In this document: piece by piece, positions 45,163 to 54,749 of the stretch
Layout of the letters: each line of letters opens with the position of its first letter
How positions within the stretch are numbered: the first letter of the stretch is position 1
Source of the DNA: a virus
DNA length: 64,000 bases
IMG/VR virus record: IMGVR_UViG_3300017760_000001
Location: 1-64,000 of that record
Strand: one strand, 5' to 3'
Notes under the pieces: model-generated
Database searches by the model: none
What the model was told of the DNA's origin: nothing
What the model saw: the letters and a program-made list of their open reading frames with translations, nothing else
Position numbers and translations under genes: made by a program

Positions 45163-46887
45163 TTAGGCCGCAGTCTTAACTTTAGAGAAGTTTTTATCTT
45201 TGAAGAACTCTAATCGTCTATCAAAGAAATGATCCTCTAGTTCGCCTTTGTGTGAGATTACAAACACATGGGTGTCCTCACCCAGACTGTTGATAATCTT
45301 CATCAAGTTGTCAACACCCTCATCATCCAGAGACGAGTCAAAAGTCTCGTCCAGAATTAGTAGGTTGGTGGCAACTGAATTCTTCATCTTCGCAATCTGT
45401 CTCCAAGTAAATAGTAGAGACAAGTCAATACGTTGTTTCTCACCTTCCGAGAATGAGTCGTATGTAAACGAGTCACGATGACGTGAACGGATAGTCTCTT
45501 GGAAAGATTCGTCCAGATCAAAGTGTACGAAGAAATCTAGAGTCTGCAAGTGTTGGTTAGTCAACTGATTGATTACAGGAATATACTGTTTGATAATCTT
45601 GGTCTTGATACCAGTATCTTTCAGTAGTTCCGCATTCACTTGGTTGTAGGCCATCTGTTCGTTCAGTTTGAACTTATCCTCGGTCAGAGTCAGTTCAGAC
45701 TCACGCAGAGTTTCTAACTCACGGTTTGCCTTCTCTAGATCACCAGTCTCTCCTTGCATCTTTGTGAGGTCAGACTGGATAGATGTAATGTTATTTTGTA
45801 AACGAGAAATAGTCTGGTTGTTGTTATTGAGTTCGTTTTGCCAGTTACGTACCGCTTCCATCATCGCTTCGTATGAGTCAGCAAGAGATAAGAAGTCTTT
45901 CTCTTTCTTGTCTGCCTCGACCATCGCATCGTTCAGTTCCTTCGCACGTGATTTAGACTTCTCGATCTTTTCTTTCTTCAGATCTTCACCGATGTCCTGA
46001 TCACATGTAGGACAGATATCGTTCTCCTCAAAGAACTTGGACTCTTTTACAACTGCCTTTATCTGTGTCTTGAATGTCGCCATGTACGAACTGAGTTCAC
46101 TACGATCCTTCACCAGTTTCGCAATGTCTGCCTCTAACGGAGGTTGTCTCTCCGTGATGTCTCCACTAAGTTTAGTATTGCGTTCCTGTAACTCAGTGAT
46201 CTCCGCATTTATTTCAGAGATCTTATCTTCTTTCTCTTTACGGTATGCGGTATTCACGGCATTGAGATCACGTAGGTATTTCTTCTGTGCGTTGATCTTT
46301 GTTTTTGCCATCTCTAGACTGTGAGTCGCATTGCGTACCTCGTCCTTCAGTACGCCCATCTTCTCTTTCAGTAGTCCGTTCATCTTAGAGAACACACCAA
46401 TGTCTAGAAGGTCTTCAATTACATCACGTCTTGCACCAGACGCCAGTTGCATAAACGGTACAAAAGAACTTGATCCGAGAACAACAATCTGGTGGAAACT
46501 CTTGTGAGTCAACTTCAGAATATTTTTCTCTAGAACCTGTTGATATTCTTTTGCGTGTGAGTTCTGATTGATCATATTACCGTTGACCCAGATCTCAAAG
46601 ATGTTCGGTTTGATACCCCGAATAATCTTGTACGACTGAGAACCAACAGAAAACTCTACCTCAACAAGTGTGCCTTTGTTGTTGATAGTGTTGACCAACT
46701 GCGGTTTAGAAATCTTGCGATGTGGTTTCCCAAATAGACCGAACGACAGGGCATCCAACATCGTTGATTTGCCCGCACCGTTGTGTCCCACCACAAGAGT
46801 AGTAGATGAATGAACGAAATCAATTTCAGTGAAATTGTTTCCAGTACTTAAAAAGTTCTTGAATCGGAGTTTTTCAAATTTAATCAT
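45163..46887 (-). CDS. gp46: SbcC/Rad50-like recombination ATPase (T4 gp46)
   Basis: GHNGAGKS, CPTC zinc hook, FSEGE, LILDE, ISH. Confidence 0.96.
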   Translation of the reverse strand: MIKFEKLRFKNFLSTGNNFTEIDFVHSSTTLVVGHNGAGKSTMLDALSFGLFGKPHRKISKPQLVNTINNKGTLVEVEFSVGSQSYKIIRGIKPNIFEIWVNGNMINQNSHAKEYQQVLEKNILKLTHKSFHQIVVLGSSSFVPFMQLASGARRDVIEDLLDIGVFSKMNGLLKEKMGVLKDEVRNATHSLEMAKTKINAQKKYLRDLNAVNTAYRKEKEDKISEINAEITELQERNTKLSGDITERQPPLEADIAKLVKDRSELSSYMATFKTQIKAVVKESKFFEENDICPTCDQDIGEDLKKEKIEKSKSRAKELNDAMVEADKKEKDFLSLADSYEAMMEAVRNWQNELNNNNQTISRLQNNITSIQSDLTKMQGETGDLEKANRELETLRESELTLTEDKFKLNEQMAYNQVNAELLKDTGIKTKIIKQYIPVINQLTNQHLQTLDFFVHFDLDESFQETIRSRHRDSFTYDSFSEGEKQRIDLSLLFTWRQIAKMKNSVATNLLILDETFDSSLDDEGVDNLMKIINSLGEDTHVFVISHKGELEDHFFDRRLEFFKDKNFSKVKTAA

Positions 46888-46895
46888 AGGTACGT

Positions 46896-46924
46896 ATTAT
46901 ACACTATCCATATCAAAAAGTCAA
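46896..46924 (-). promoter_or_regulatory. sigma70-type promoter for gp46
   Basis: TTGACT-17-TATAAT; -10 lies only 8 nt from the ATG. Confidence 0.7.
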
Positions 46925-46927
46925 GGA

Positions 46928-47134
46928 TTATTCTTCTTCAGCAATCAGTCTTCCGACATTGATGATAAAGAACGGTATGAGTATTACTGTTCCATAAAAT
47001 TGACGAGGTTCTGGTTCCTCGGTAAGTGAGTTCATTGTCCAGACCAACTTACTATCAACGAATTCGATGTCGAAGCCTATTCCGTTGCGTAAGTCCAGAT
47101 TCCATATTCTTCCTAACCAAAACTTGGTAAACAT
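46928..47134 (-). CDS. hypothetical protein
   Basis: 68 aa, translationally coupled. Confidence 0.5.
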   Translation of the reverse strand: MFTKFWLGRIWNLDLRNGIGFDIEFVDSKLVWTMNSLTEEPEPRQFYGTVILIPFFIINVGRLIAEEE

Positions 47135-47328
47135 TATTCTTCTTCCTTTTCTTCTGGTGGTTTTTTCAACCAGTGATTTATGTATTGCGAGTTAACATCG
47201 GCTGCATCATCAACCGCACTTGGTTTATCTTTCTTCCTAAAGATCGCATCGTAATTATCATTATACTTCTCACGGTCGGTGGGTCTTTGTTTAGAACCTT
47301 TACCGCCATGCCAATTACTATTTGACAT
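47134..47328 (-). CDS. hypothetical protein
   Basis: GGAGG RBS; MSNSNWHGGKGSKQRP..YNDNYDAIF. Confidence 0.6.
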   Translation of the reverse strand: MSNSNWHGGKGSKQRPTDREKYNDNYDAIFRKKDKPSAVDDAADVNSQYINHWLKKPPEEKEEE

Positions 47329-47476
47329 TCTGGAGTTTGCCTCCTTGTTTAGAGATCTCCTCGACCACGTCCCCAAACATTCCTTTATTCTGGTGACTCA
47401 TCGCCTGATAGTTTCTCTTGTCAGACTTTCTGTTAATACCAGCCTTTCGCATTAACTTCGCTTTCTTTCCGTTCAT
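47318..47476 (-). CDS. 52 aa basic protein
   Basis: Not in ORF track. GGAG RBS, MNGKKAKLMRKAG...LQNVK*. Confidence 0.55.
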   Translation of the reverse strand: MNGKKAKLMRKAGINRKSDKRNYQAMSHQNKGMFGDVVEEISKQGGKLQNVK

Positions 47477-47485
47477 CCTATTCTC

Positions 47486-48544
47486 CTAGGCAATTTCTGT
47501 GCTTTGCGCTTCTTTCATTAATGAATTGATTTCTTTTTTGATCCGATCCTTGTCCAGATCCGTATGTACAGCATCAATGTAATTATACATCAATGTCTCG
47601 GTATCTTCTACACTCACCGCATCATCGTTTACCGCATCTCCACTAAACTCTTTGAAGTCTTCTGCAATCTTTAGTTCGTGAATCTTCATACTCTGTACAC
47701 GATCTACAAATCGTTCGAACTTGTATGGGTCGCCTTTGTTCACAACGATCATCTTGACAAAGTGATCTTCAAGATAACGCAGATCTTCGAACTTGTTCAT
47801 CTTCTCGTGATCGTAGTAAACCTTCTTGTGGATCGTGACTGGATTGTGAACTGGGGTCAGTTCTCTTGTTTCAGTATCAAGAACGTGGAAGTATTTCTTG
47901 TCGTCACAATCAGACCAGAAGAACTCCATCTGTGAACCGAGATAGTGGATGTTATTCTGTGACGAACGAGTGTGGAAGTGTCCTGACAGAACCATGTCGA
48001 ATCTTTCAAAGTGAGACATACTCATGCCACCGTGACACGGAATACCCTTGGACATCTCGAACCCATCCAACTCTAGGTGTGCGCCAACAATATCTGCCTT
48101 ACAGTTCGCAAGGAAGTCTAGTGTGTCCTTCTCGTTCTCTGGTGTAATCCAAGGAACCAATGCCATATCCATCTTACCGTAACGCATGACAGTATTGTCC
48201 AGAATCACATTCACTTCATTCATGTAGTGACCTTGTAACTCTTTGAGTGCGTTCAGTTCGTTGGTGTTCTTGAAGTAGGCATCGTGGTTACCGACAATGA
48301 TATCCATCGTGATACCATATTCACGCAACTTCTCTAGAAAGATTTTGCGGTTGTGTTTCAGTGCCTTGAAGTTGATCGTCTTACGGTTATCGTAGTAGTC
48401 CCCAAGGTGAATGATCTGTTTGATATCATTCTCTAGAAGGTATGGGAAAAAGACATCTCTATAGAACTTCTCTTGATAGTCCATAAAGATGTCAGATGAA
48501 TTACGAATACCACAGTGCGTATCATTTAAGATCGCTAATTTCAT
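47486..48544 (-). CDS. gp47: SbcD/Mre11-like nuclease (T4 gp47)
   Basis: DTHCG, HLGDYYD, GNHD, SGHFH. Confidence 0.96.
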   Translation of the reverse strand: MKLAILNDTHCGIRNSSDIFMDYQEKFYRDVFFPYLLENDIKQIIHLGDYYDNRKTINFKALKHNRKIFLEKLREYGITMDIIVGNHDAYFKNTNELNALKELQGHYMNEVNVILDNTVMRYGKMDMALVPWITPENEKDTLDFLANCKADIVGAHLELDGFEMSKGIPCHGGMSMSHFERFDMVLSGHFHTRSSQNNIHYLGSQMEFFWSDCDDKKYFHVLDTETRELTPVHNPVTIHKKVYYDHEKMNKFEDLRYLEDHFVKMIVVNKGDPYKFERFVDRVQSMKIHELKIAEDFKEFSGDAVNDDAVSVEDTETLMYNYIDAVHTDLDKDRIKKEINSLMKEAQSTEIA

Positions 48545-48571
48545 AATATACCTATTACTATTAAAATATAA

Positions 48572-48605
48572 GTGACATTATACCACGTGGGCAGTATAAT
48601 GTCAA
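48572..48605. promoter_or_regulatory. palindromic, possibly bidirectional sigma70 promoter
   Basis: Minus strand TTGACA-17-TATAAT; plus strand GTGACA-17-TATAAT; 11-bp inverted repeat. Confidence 0.7.
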
Positions 48606-48609
48606 GCAC

Positions 48610-49221
48610 TTATTCAGTAAAGTGTCCAGTCAAATCAGAGTCAACGTTTACTGCCCGTCTCTTACGTTGTTTCTTCTCTTCCTTGGCATACTGTTTGAAC
48701 TCTGCATCGGCAGACTTAACAACATCAATACGTTGTCGTAGTATGTCAACAAAGGGTAGAACATTACTGTAGTCGGTGTTACCGTCATCATGAGTCAGAT
48801 CAAGGAAGTTCTCGATTCCTGCCTCTGCGATATATTTCATCTTGATATCTTGTTGACGTTTTTCTTTCTGGATCCTACGTAGGAATGCATACCATGTAAT
48901 TTGAGTGAAGTATGCGAATGCATTTGGTTTACCTGATCGTGTCGCAGCTTCTAGATTGTAGTTCTCGATTGCCTTCAGACAATTCTCGACTGCATCCATC
49001 ACCATCTCTTCACGATAAGTGTACCTGACAAAGTTTGCCTTGTGTGACAATCCTTCACTAATCTTCAGAAAACATTCTGCGATGTAGTTAGGTACAACTG
49101 GTTTTGGTTTTCCCGCTTCCTTACACATACGTGCATGACTGACATAAGTAACCACCGCCTGTGAGAAGTCGGCGTTATTTACGTAATGCGGTTTTTCTTT
49201 TGGTTTCATATTATACATCAC
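48610..49221 (-). CDS. gp55: late-transcription sigma factor (T4 gp55)
   Basis: HYVNN, YTYREEMVMDAVENC, NAFAYFTQI...AFLRRIQKEK. Confidence 0.95.
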   Translation of the reverse strand: MMYNMKPKEKPHYVNNADFSQAVVTYVSHARMCKEAGKPKPVVPNYIAECFLKISEGLSHKANFVRYTYREEMVMDAVENCLKAIENYNLEAATRSGKPNAFAYFTQITWYAFLRRIQKEKRQQDIKMKYIAEAGIENFLDLTHDDGNTDYSNVLPFVDILRQRIDVVKSADAEFKQYAKEEKKQRKRRAVNVDSDLTGHFTE

Positions 49222-49236
49222 TCCTATTTAATGCAT

Positions 49237-49265
49237 ATTATATCACAATTTGGAATCAGAGTCAA
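49237..49265 (-). promoter_or_regulatory. sigma70-type promoter for gp55
   Basis: TTGACT-17-TATAAT. Confidence 0.7.
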
Positions 49266-49677
49266 GTTCTTTTATACAAACTCTGTTTCTTAAATCACTC
49301 GTAGAGAATCGGTGATCTCTTTGATTATAATAGATTTCTATTCCTCTGGAAGAACATATCGCTCTACCTGTAAACGTACCCGACTTATACTCCGAACCAA
49401 TGATCCGTACATCTATATGTAACATAGACAAGATATCTTCTAGATCCTGTTCCGTGATATAAGGTATGATTTCGTCAACATACTCCACAGCATTCAACTG
49501 CGTGTATCGTTCGACTATAGTTTGGATAGGTTTGTTCTTTTCTTTACGATCGAGACTAGGATCTACCTGTAGACCACATATAAGGTAGTCACATTGATCC
49601 TTAGCCTCTCTTAACATTGAGACATGTCCAGCGTGTAATAAATCAAATGCTGAACAGGTAAATCCTACTTTTTTCAT
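49243..49677 (-). CDS. TagD-like cytidylyltransferase
   Basis: FDLLHAGH, YVDEI, RFSTSDLR. Confidence 0.88.
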   Translation of the reverse strand: MKKVGFTCSAFDLLHAGHVSMLREAKDQCDYLICGLQVDPSLDRKEKNKPIQTIVERYTQLNAVEYVDEIIPYITEQDLEDILSMLHIDVRIIGSEYKSGTFTGRAICSSRGIEIYYNQRDHRFSTSDLRNRVCIKELDSDSKL

Positions 49678-49695
49678 AATTTTTTCACTTTTCGC

Positions 49696-49724
49696 TTGAC
49701 AAAGTTTGCACCGAACTGTATAAT
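49696..49724 (+). promoter_or_regulatory. orphan sigma70 promoter pointing antisense into the uvsW unit
   Basis: TTGACA-17-TATAAT with no plausible sense ORF downstream. Confidence 0.7.
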
Positions 49725-49758
49725 AGAAGCACTCTTCTGCCAGTCAGTACATGTAAAT

Positions 49759-50193
49759 TTAGTGGATAGTTGGGAACGGTAAAACGTTACTCCCATCACT
49801 ATCTTTCAGACCTGTATTTTCCTTTACATTATCTTCCATCTGTTTCATGATCTTTTCGAGTTGTTCTGTGGTCTCTTCTTCCATTTCGGCTCTAAGTTTT
49901 TCGACCTCGTTGACAGATGCCTGATACTGTCTCAACATGGCAGGCGCTGGATAAGTTATTGCTACAACATGCAAGGTTTTTATCAGACTATAAATTTCTG
50001 GGTCATCTTGGTATGTCATGAAGGGACGGAAAGAATGGTATCGAGTTCTGTCGTTCGCAATATCCGTCTGGAGTCTCAAGGCCCTTTTGACCACAAGATC
50101 GTATTCGGTCTCTTCTATAATTTCGGCAAGAACCTCTTCGCCTGTAGATAACTTCAGATGTTTAACTTCGTACAAGTCGATATCACTTATCAT
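49759..50193 (-). CDS. conserved hypothetical protein downstream of uvsW
   Basis: HLKLSTGEEVLAEI; C-terminal NVLPFPTIH. Confidence 0.65.
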   Translation of the reverse strand: MISDIDLYEVKHLKLSTGEEVLAEIIEETEYDLVVKRALRLQTDIANDRTRYHSFRPFMTYQDDPEIYSLIKTLHVVAITYPAPAMLRQYQASVNEVEKLRAEMEEETTEQLEKIMKQMEDNVKENTGLKDSDGSNVLPFPTIH

Positions 50194-51682
50194 CTTTTTT
50201 CCCTTTCAAATTTATCGGATAGATTTTATACCTGAATCCTTCTTTGGTATAAATTTTAATTCTTTCCGCACTATGTTTTAACGTAAAATTTTTGTGTCCT
50301 TTAGTATGTAGGTCATCGGCAATGTCGTATAATTTGGTGGTCGCATCGTTATCTGACTTTCTCAATCCTCGTCCGATCGATTGAAGAACTTTGACCTGAG
50401 ACTTGGAAGGACTAGCGAAAATGATATTATGCAAGTTCCGAATATTAATACCAGTGCTAAAAGTTCCAAGACTTGCGACAATGATTGCATTTTTCTGACC
50501 CTCTACTATTCCTCTGATTTGTTCACGATCGGTGGCGTCCACCTCACCCGACACATAAAATACTTTACGATCATCGTCTGCCATCTCCTTCACTTGATCA
50601 TAAAGTAACTTACCGTGTTTCTCCACAAACTGGAACAAGACTAACGTGTTCCCTTCCTGAGATGTGGCGAGATTCGTGACGAACCGCAATCTGTCGGGGT
50701 TAGTAACTATGTAGTCAATCTCTTCCTGATAAGATTTGTCTTTCATCATTTCACAGATATCATTATGGTATCGTAACAACAATACCGAGATATCCAGATC
50801 CGCCAGTGTCTTGTCTTCCTGTAACTGTACAGTCGTGGTCACCTGATAGGTTGGGCCGAACAATCCTTCGAGTACAAGTTTGTTCGTCTCCGTACCGTCA
50901 AGTGTACCTGTCGTACCGAATCTATATGAGGCATTGATACACTTGTCCATCATCGTAGACAGAGACTTCGCCTTAAATAGGTGTACCTCGTCACCGAACA
51001 CCGAATCAAACTGTGTGAACCATTCCGTACCGAATCGGTAGATCGACTGCCATGTAGAAATGATTACTCGTTTGTCAGTATTCTTTTCCTTACCTGAGTA
51101 GATGCGGTGCGCCTCGTTGGCAACATCCATACCGTAGTCTTCGAAATCTTTGTACATCTGTTCCACTAGACTTGTTGTCGGAACAATAATCAACACCTTA
51201 TTCTCTGTACGTTCTAGTACCCACTTCATAAGGTTGTAGATAATAAACGACTTACCAGAACCAGTCGGTGACAATAATAGACATCGTTTCTTTTCTATAC
51301 CATGTACAATCGCATCATACTGATATCCCCGAACATCGAATGGCGCACCATAGTCTTTCAGTTCTTTCATCAACTGGGGGTGATCGACTTTGTTCGTCAT
51401 CGCTGGATGACCGTACTCTTCGTGTTCCACTAACTGTAGTGGGTAGAACCTGTCCGCACAGAATTTTTTCAGATGGTTGTAAAGACCAACAGGTAACGTC
51501 TTGGTCACCATGTTGTATAACTTTATTTTACCATCCCACCGTCTCGATTTATACGCAGGCATAAACCGATAGCCAGGTACAAAGAACGAGAAGTAGTCTC
51601 GTAGTTCCTGACTCTGGTGTGCATTACACTCTACAGATAATAGAGAGTGACTCTGCAATCCTATGCGAATCTGATTATCCAT
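50183..51682 (-). CDS. uvsW: SF2 DNA/RNA helicase
   Basis: SPTGSGKS, DEVH, TTGT, STGINI, QSIGRGLR. Confidence 0.95.
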   Translation of the reverse strand: MDNQIRIGLQSHSLLSVECNAHQSQELRDYFSFFVPGYRFMPAYKSRRWDGKIKLYNMVTKTLPVGLYNHLKKFCADRFYPLQLVEHEEYGHPAMTNKVDHPQLMKELKDYGAPFDVRGYQYDAIVHGIEKKRCLLLSPTGSGKSFIIYNLMKWVLERTENKVLIIVPTTSLVEQMYKDFEDYGMDVANEAHRIYSGKEKNTDKRVIISTWQSIYRFGTEWFTQFDSVFGDEVHLFKAKSLSTMMDKCINASYRFGTTGTLDGTETNKLVLEGLFGPTYQVTTTVQLQEDKTLADLDISVLLLRYHNDICEMMKDKSYQEEIDYIVTNPDRLRFVTNLATSQEGNTLVLFQFVEKHGKLLYDQVKEMADDDRKVFYVSGEVDATDREQIRGIVEGQKNAIIVASLGTFSTGINIRNLHNIIFASPSKSQVKVLQSIGRGLRKSDNDATTKLYDIADDLHTKGHKNFTLKHSAERIKIYTKEGFRYKIYPINLKGKKDDK

Positions 51683-51920
51683 TCAGTAACTTATTCAGTT
51701 CTGTGTAACCACCAACGTAACACCAAGTCTCTCCTTCTACAACGAAGATCTGTGGTACGGTGCGAAATTCTTTACCAGCAATATCCTGTAGTCTATCCTG
51801 TTCTTCGGGTGCGACTTCGGTCAGACAACGATACTCGTAGTCCAATTCTTTTCTTTCTAGTACTGCTTTCGCCTGTGTACAATACCCACAGACAGGTGTT
51901 CCTATTACAACATATTTCAT
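51675..51920 (-). CDS. glutaredoxin
   Basis: CGYC, TVPQIF, VGGY. Confidence 0.9.
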   Translation of the reverse strand: MKYVVIGTPVCGYCTQAKAVLERKELDYEYRCLTEVAPEEQDRLQDIAGKEFRTVPQIFVVEGETWCYVGGYTELNKLLNG

Positions 51921-52369
51921 TATGATCCTGCCTCAAATTGTTTCCATCTGATCATATTACCGATCGTCTGGTGTCTCCAGTTAAGGTTATTTACTATTTC
52001 ATTAAGTGTCTCAATTACGGTCTTTAGGTACGCAATCTTTTCTTCACTACGTTGAATCTCTGGGTCAGAGTCGTAGTAATGATCCATTTCGCCTTTGAGG
52101 ATTTTTAGACCCCCGAATGGATCTGGTTCCCACCCTTTAGATTTAAGGGCGTTCTCATCCATCTTGCCATTGTAGTACAACCATTTGTCTTTCAACAAAA
52201 TCTTCTGTACGTGTTCTGCACGTTTGAGTGACAACTTGGCTGTGGATATGTACTGCAAATATTTTGCATGTAACATCGGTGTGTTACGAGACGTTTCGTC
52301 TAGTTGATGTGTTGGGATTTGACAGTCTGTCTTCCACTCACTCAGTATCATTTCTAAATCTAGTTTCAT
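51920..52369 (-). CDS. uvsY: recombination mediator
   Basis: LHAKYL, KWLYYNGK, IGNMIRWKQFEAG; position next to uvsW. Confidence 0.85.
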   Translation of the reverse strand: MKLDLEMILSEWKTDCQIPTHQLDETSRNTPMLHAKYLQYISTAKLSLKRAEHVQKILLKDKWLYYNGKMDENALKSKGWEPDPFGGLKILKGEMDHYYDSDPEIQRSEEKIAYLKTVIETLNEIVNNLNWRHQTIGNMIRWKQFEAGS

Positions 52370-52372
52370 AAT

Positions 52373-53014
52373 TTAATCCTCACATTGTATATAGTCAATC
52401 ATATCTTCCCAATATTCTTTAGCGTCATTAGGCACGACATATGCCATTGTCATTCTCCAACAATCTGTGTATGCACTATGGTAACATAAATCACCGTCAC
52501 CATAATTACCGAAGTATCCTGCTTTCGCACTCCATCCCTTTTTATCGGGCATAGTGACTATCTCGTCATTCTCTTTATCGTACCACTTGAACCAACCATC
52601 ACCAGTTTCACTCCACGTAAATAGGATATTATATGTCGTAGAGTTGGCGTTATTATGCCAATCAATAAAACCTTTGGGTGGGTATAACTGAGTTAATGCG
52701 GATTTTTTGAACCCGACCTCTAGTCGCATATCCTGATCAACATCGTCATAATCTTTTTTGTACTGAGTGTCAGTACCACGATAGTGATCTGGTTTTATTG
52801 GATATGAGAAGGCGGCTCTAGGTGAACCATTATGATCCTGACCCATCTCCAAAACTTTTCTTAGGTATTCTTCTGATACGTACTCTTCCCCACGCCCAAG
52901 TAGATCAGACAGAGGTCTATTAGTTTTGGTTATGTCATACTTTTCACGGTAGAGATAACGAAATCTTTCTAATATATCAAGAACCCTTGGATTCTTCAGT
53001 TCAACAAATTGCAT
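52373..53014 (-). CDS. 2OG-Fe(II) oxygenase-like protein (paralog of 27832..28506)
   Basis: YPPKGFIDWHNN, CYHSAY, RMTMAY. Confidence 0.5.
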   Translation of the reverse strand: MQFVELKNPRVLDILERFRYLYREKYDITKTNRPLSDLLGRGEEYVSEEYLRKVLEMGQDHNGSPRAAFSYPIKPDHYRGTDTQYKKDYDDVDQDMRLEVGFKKSALTQLYPPKGFIDWHNNANSTTYNILFTWSETGDGWFKWYDKENDEIVTMPDKKGWSAKAGYFGNYGDGDLCYHSAYTDCWRMTMAYVVPNDAKEYWEDMIDYIQCED

Positions 53015-53015
53015 A

Positions 53016-53507
53016 TTAATTTAGTATAAAGTCAGAGAATCTAAATTCCACGTTAAAGGTTAAGTATTGTACAGTCGTTGTGTTGGCGGTCAGAGCAATT
53101 GAACCAATGTTAGTCGGTATGCAATCCTTATATCTGATCTGTACGTTAGAGTTATTATGACTAGACAGGATACTGACAGTAATGTCTTGGTGTGTATCGA
53201 AACTATTATCTGTCCGTGATGTGCCGTTGAGATTAATCGTTGACTCCAACCAACCCTGCATTTCTTTGTACGACTTCATATCTTCGTCTAGTATAATATC
53301 TAGCGATAAACTACCGTAGGTAATCTTGTCACCCGCTAAAGGTAGGGACGTGATTCTTGGTGTACCCAGTTCTAATGGAGAAACTGAACTGCCAGGATGT
53401 GTTACGCCCTGTGCGAAATACTCAAGGTTCGGGTAGTTTTGCCTACTAATTATAACACGAAACCCTGTGGGTTGCAAGTAGTTTTTGTTGTCGGTTAATG
53501 TTGCCAT
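53016..53507 (-). CDS. gp3: tail completion / tube terminator protein (T4 gp3)
   Basis: NYLQPTGF, GDKITYG, LDEDMKSYKEM..W; late promoter upstream. Confidence 0.8.
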   Translation of the reverse strand: MATLTDNKNYLQPTGFRVIISRQNYPNLEYFAQGVTHPGSSVSPLELGTPRITSLPLAGDKITYGSLSLDIILDEDMKSYKEMQGWLESTINLNGTSRTDNSFDTHQDITVSILSSHNNSNVQIRYKDCIPTNIGSIALTANTTTVQYLTFNVEFRFSDFILN

Positions 53508-53530
53508 ATAATAGTTCTCCTGTATCCTTC

Positions 53531-53538
53531 TATTTATA
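53531..53538 (-). promoter_or_regulatory. T4 late promoter for gp3
   Basis: TATAAATA. Confidence 0.8.
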
Positions 53539-53564
53539 CTCGTTATAAACCCTAAAATTAGGGG

Positions 53565-53593
53565 TTGACAAACTTTGCTACATACTGTATAAT
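53565..53593 (+). promoter_or_regulatory. sigma70-type promoter of the plus-strand island
   Basis: TTGACA-17-TATAAT, preceded by CCCTAA-AA-TTAGGG (53550-53563). Confidence 0.8.
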
Positions 53594-53618
53594 GTGTAAC
53601 AGATGATGAGGAAAGTAA

Positions 53619-54749
53619 ATGATTTTAGAACATAAAGATGCGTTATACGCAGCCAATGCTTTTGATGAGTTCTTCGGGAACATCGAACGTATTGATGAAT
53701 ACATGAGACAGGTCAAGATGGAACGTATGGAATCCTTTCCGTACTCTCTGCCTGGCATGGGGCCAGAAGAAGATCTGTTCAGCAACTTCGATATCCATCC
53801 GTCAGAGATGGAGTTTGTAATACAAGAATCGCCCGCAAATCAATTCATGTCCTATATGGAAATTGTTACGTCCGCACCTGTGGAGGCATCGATCCCAGGC
53901 AAGGGATTGAAGTGGGTGATCAAAGAAAAGAACACTAACAAAGTTATCGGTATGATTCGTTTCGGGTCTCCTACTATTAATAGTAAACCACGGAACGAAT
54001 GGTTAGGACGACCACTAGACAGTATGAATCCAGAGGTTATGAAAAGGTTCAACGACTCCGCAATCATGGGGTTCAACATTGTACCTACTCAACCGTTTGG
54101 ATACAACTATCTTGGTGGTAAGTTACTGGCCGCAATATGTTGTTCCCACTACACACGTGAAGCATTGAACAAGAAGTATGATAGTAACTTCTGTATGTTC
54201 GAGACCACTTCGTTATACGGATCAACTAAGTCTGCTTCGCAATACGATGGTATGAAACCATTCTTGCGATTCAACGGTTTGACAGACTCAAACTTCTTAC
54301 CACTTATCAATGACGACACTTACCGCAGACTAAGTGCATGGTTCATTGAGAAAAACGGTGGTGAACCCTTGGTTCCTGTTGACGCCTCATCTCGTAAACT
54401 AAAAACACAAACCAAGATGGCATCTATCATCAAAGCCTCTCTCAAAGTTCATGATGAAGTTGCCTACAAGAAGTTCTGTCAAACCTACTCTAATGCAAAG
54501 GATCTGACCGAACAGAAACGTTCGTTCGTGTCCACATATGGTTACGAGAATGTACCCCAGTACTTGAACCTAGAAACAGATACATTGATCAAGAAAGAGA
54601 ACTTTGACAGATTCTCTCTTGAGGGTGTTACCGCATGGTGGCGTAAGAATGCCGTCAAACGTTATGACAAACTCAAGAGTGAAGGTCGTCTGAGACGTAC
54701 CGTGGAGACTTGGAACGTCAATGCAGACGATATCGATATTATAAGATAA
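53619..54749 (+). CDS. DUF4338/DruA-like protein
   Basis: IVPTQPFGYNYLGGKLLA, FETTSLYG, SQYDG. Confidence 0.6.
   Translation: MILEHKDALYAANAFDEFFGNIERIDEYMRQVKMERMESFPYSLPGMGPEEDLFSNFDIHPSEMEFVIQESPANQFMSYMEIVTSAPVEASIPGKGLKWVIKEKNTNKVIGMIRFGSPTINSKPRNEWLGRPLDSMNPEVMKRFNDSAIMGFNIVPTQPFGYNYLGGKLLAAICCSHYTREALNKKYDSNFCMFETTSLYGSTKSASQYDGMKPFLRFNGLTDSNFLPLINDDTYRRLSAWFIEKNGGEPLVPVDASSRKLKTQTKMASIIKASLKVHDEVAYKKFCQTYSNAKDLTEQKRSFVSTYGYENVPQYLNLETDTLIKKENFDRFSLEGVTAWWRKNAVKRYDKLKSEGRLRRTVETWNVNADDIDIIR

Noticed and set aside
53619-54749. Druantia defence system
   Set aside because: Only a DruA-like gene; no DruE helicase or other partners in the window
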